From a virus: 64,000 nt of DNA. Each line of letters opens with the position of its first letter. Position 1 is the stretch's first letter. Under the pieces are notes generated by a model. The model ran no database searches, was not told the origin of the DNA, and saw only the letters and a program-made list of their open reading frames with translations. The position numbers and the translations under genes are program-made. This document shows positions 63,161 through 64,000 of this stretch, piece after piece. The DNA is taken from the IMG/VR virus record IMGVR_UViG_3300045988_132703. One strand, written 5' to 3'.

Positions 63161-63205
63161 ATTTATAGAAAATCAAGAGAGGAAATAAAATCCTCTCTTA
63201 TCTAT

Positions 63206-63284
63206 GGCTTTAGTAGTGTAATGGTTGTAAGCACGCCAGTCTGTGGAACTGGTAGAGGGAGTTCGAATCTCCTCTTTAGCCCCA
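63206..63284 (+). tRNA. tRNA-His (GTG)
   Basis: Hand-folded cloverleaf. G-1 (63206) sits opposite C73. Anticodon loop is CTGTGGA (GTG at 63243-45). T-loop TTCGAAT, encoded CCA. The acceptor stem has two U:U mismatches. Confidence 0.75.
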
Positions 63285-63359
63285 ATAGAAAGGCTGTTGT
63301 ATGATTACGATTGCAGTTTTCTTCATTCTCCTTTTCGCTTTATGGTATATGTTTTTCTG

Positions 63360-63389
63360 TTGACTTTTTAAAAAATATATGCTATAATA
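63360..63389 (+). promoter_or_regulatory. Consensus promoter for the downstream tRNAs
   Basis: TTGACT, 18-nt spacer, TATAAT. Leader hairpin AATGTAAG-N14-CTTACATT follows. Confidence 0.55.
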
Positions 63390-63427
63390 TTTAATGTAAG
63401 GTTGAGAAATAAATCTTACATTGATAT

Positions 63428-63504
63428 GCCCTCGTGAGCAAATTGGCAAAGCTAAACGGCTCAAACCCGTTGTTTTGTGGGTTCAAATCCCATCGAGGGT
63501 ACCA
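63428..63504 (+). tRNA. tRNA with anticodon CAA (Leu codon UUG) but class I architecture
   Basis: 7-bp acceptor (G1:U72), anticodon loop CTCAAAC (CAA at 63462-64), 5-nt variable loop, T-loop TTCAAAT, A73, encoded CCA. Confidence 0.65.
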
Positions 63505-63720
63505 AGAGGTTCTGACGTGACGCCTCGTTAATGTTGAAAAGTCAGGGTAGTGGTGATTAAGGCTAGAAGTGCTAGAGTTCCAGCTGCTACCTAAAAGAAC
63601 AAGTAGGAATAGCATGCACTTTGGTTTCCTTTGTCAATACAGTTGCGTACGAACTGCGGACAAAAAAGATAACGGCATAGAGTTGTCAATTGCTAGGTTT
63701 GAAGGTTCCTAGCATTATAA
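63505..63720 (+). other. Structured 216-nt spacer between tRNAs (possible ncRNA)
   Basis: Several local hairpins (GGTAG..CTACC, AGGAA..TTCCT, TTGTC..GACAA, CAGTT-GCGTACG-AACTG, CTAGG..CCTAG). No credible ORF. Confidence 0.25.
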
Positions 63721-63791
63721 TGGGGTATCACCTAGTGGCAGGGTAGCGAGCTTTGACCTCGTGTGTAGGTGTTCGATTCACCTTACCCCAA
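63721..63791 (+). tRNA. tRNA-Gln (TTG)
   Basis: U1:A72, G2:C71 and G3:C70 acceptor as in bacterial tRNA-Gln. Anticodon loop CTTTGAC (TTG at 63753-55). T-loop TTCGATT. No encoded CCA. Confidence 0.75.
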
Positions 63792-63850
63792 GAAACACTT
63801 ATTACTCAACCTCCACGTGGTGTGTTTCGGGTAATGCTAATGGAGTAATT

Positions 63851-64000
63851 ATGGCTATTGTAGATAATTTTTCAGAATCAGAGTTAAGAGAAATTGTTCA
63901 ATCTTGTACTTCAAAACGTCAGCTAATGAAGGCTTTAGGATATAAGTCTTTAGGTGCAAATTTCGATACAATAGAAAGACGTTTAAAAGAGTATAATATT
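63851..64000 (+). CDS. Homing-endonuclease-like protein N-terminus (3'-partial)
   Basis: RBS AATGGAG, ATG at 63851. The N-terminal SESELREIV...RQLMKALGY...TIERRLKEYNI HTH-like module is typical of phage HNH/NUMOD proteins next to tRNA clusters. Confidence 0.4.
   Translation, partial: MAIVDNFSESELREIVQSCTSKRQLMKALGYKSLGANFDTIERRLKEYNI

Noticed and set aside
63285-63720. A hidden suppressor tRNA (anticodon CUA) in the tRNA region.
   Set aside because: I looked on both strands for a U-CUA-R anticodon-loop context flanked by a 5-bp stem, and for additional T-loop (GTTCRAWTC) motifs. None was found, and every CTA/TAG occurrence lacks U33 and stem pairing. Automated tools should confirm this.
1-64000. 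TGA reassignment (code 4/25) or TAA reassignment.
   Set aside because: TGA and TAA terminate genes at sensible homology-defined C-termini, followed by RBS+ATG of the next gene (e.g. 3850, 5083, 41638, 54997, 62160). No conserved domain continues across them, except at the two UUU-UGA sites, which need a frame change rather than read-through.

Overview
This is a visibly AT-rich segment of a tailed-phage genome. AGGAGG-type RBSs, TTGACA-N17-TATAAT promoters and teichoic-acid-type genes point to a Gram-positive (Firmicutes-like) host. TAG is the only codon that interrupts long, homology-supported reading frames, and it falls on conserved Gln positions (GH25 'WIAQY', M23 'GQxIG'). I therefore read the window with TAG=Gln (code-15-like). 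Every gene I could close ends in TAA or TGA. Layout: (i) 1-8253 (+) holds virion, baseplate and tail-fibre genes plus a small-protein operon. (ii) 8299-38548 (-) is a ~30 kb replication and nucleotide-metabolism module: RuvC-like, dUTPase, DnaE-type polymerase, RecJ-like, primase, DnaB, AAA_24 ATPase, type IIA topoisomerase A and B, MTase, PIN-PhoH, ATP ligase. (iii) 38655-63135 (+) holds a lysis cassette, tail fibres and SGNH esterases, a CDP-glycerol/teichoic-acid-like glycopolymer gene set, and a TAG-free vWA + PurA-like cassette. (iv) 63206-63791 is a tRNA cluster (His-GTG, an atypical CAA tRNA, Gln-TTG) with no CUA suppressor visible. Module (ii) is interrupted by 12 group I introns in 5 sequence families, and 4 of them carry HNH or LAGLIDADG homing endonucleases. 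Three candidate translational recoding sites were found: a 10-nt hop or +1 shift at UCU-UAG in dnaE, and two UUU-UGA +1 'shifty stops'. All starts, splice sites and motif calls were derived by hand from the sequence and remembered family consensus, with no database search, so boundaries may be off by a few nt.
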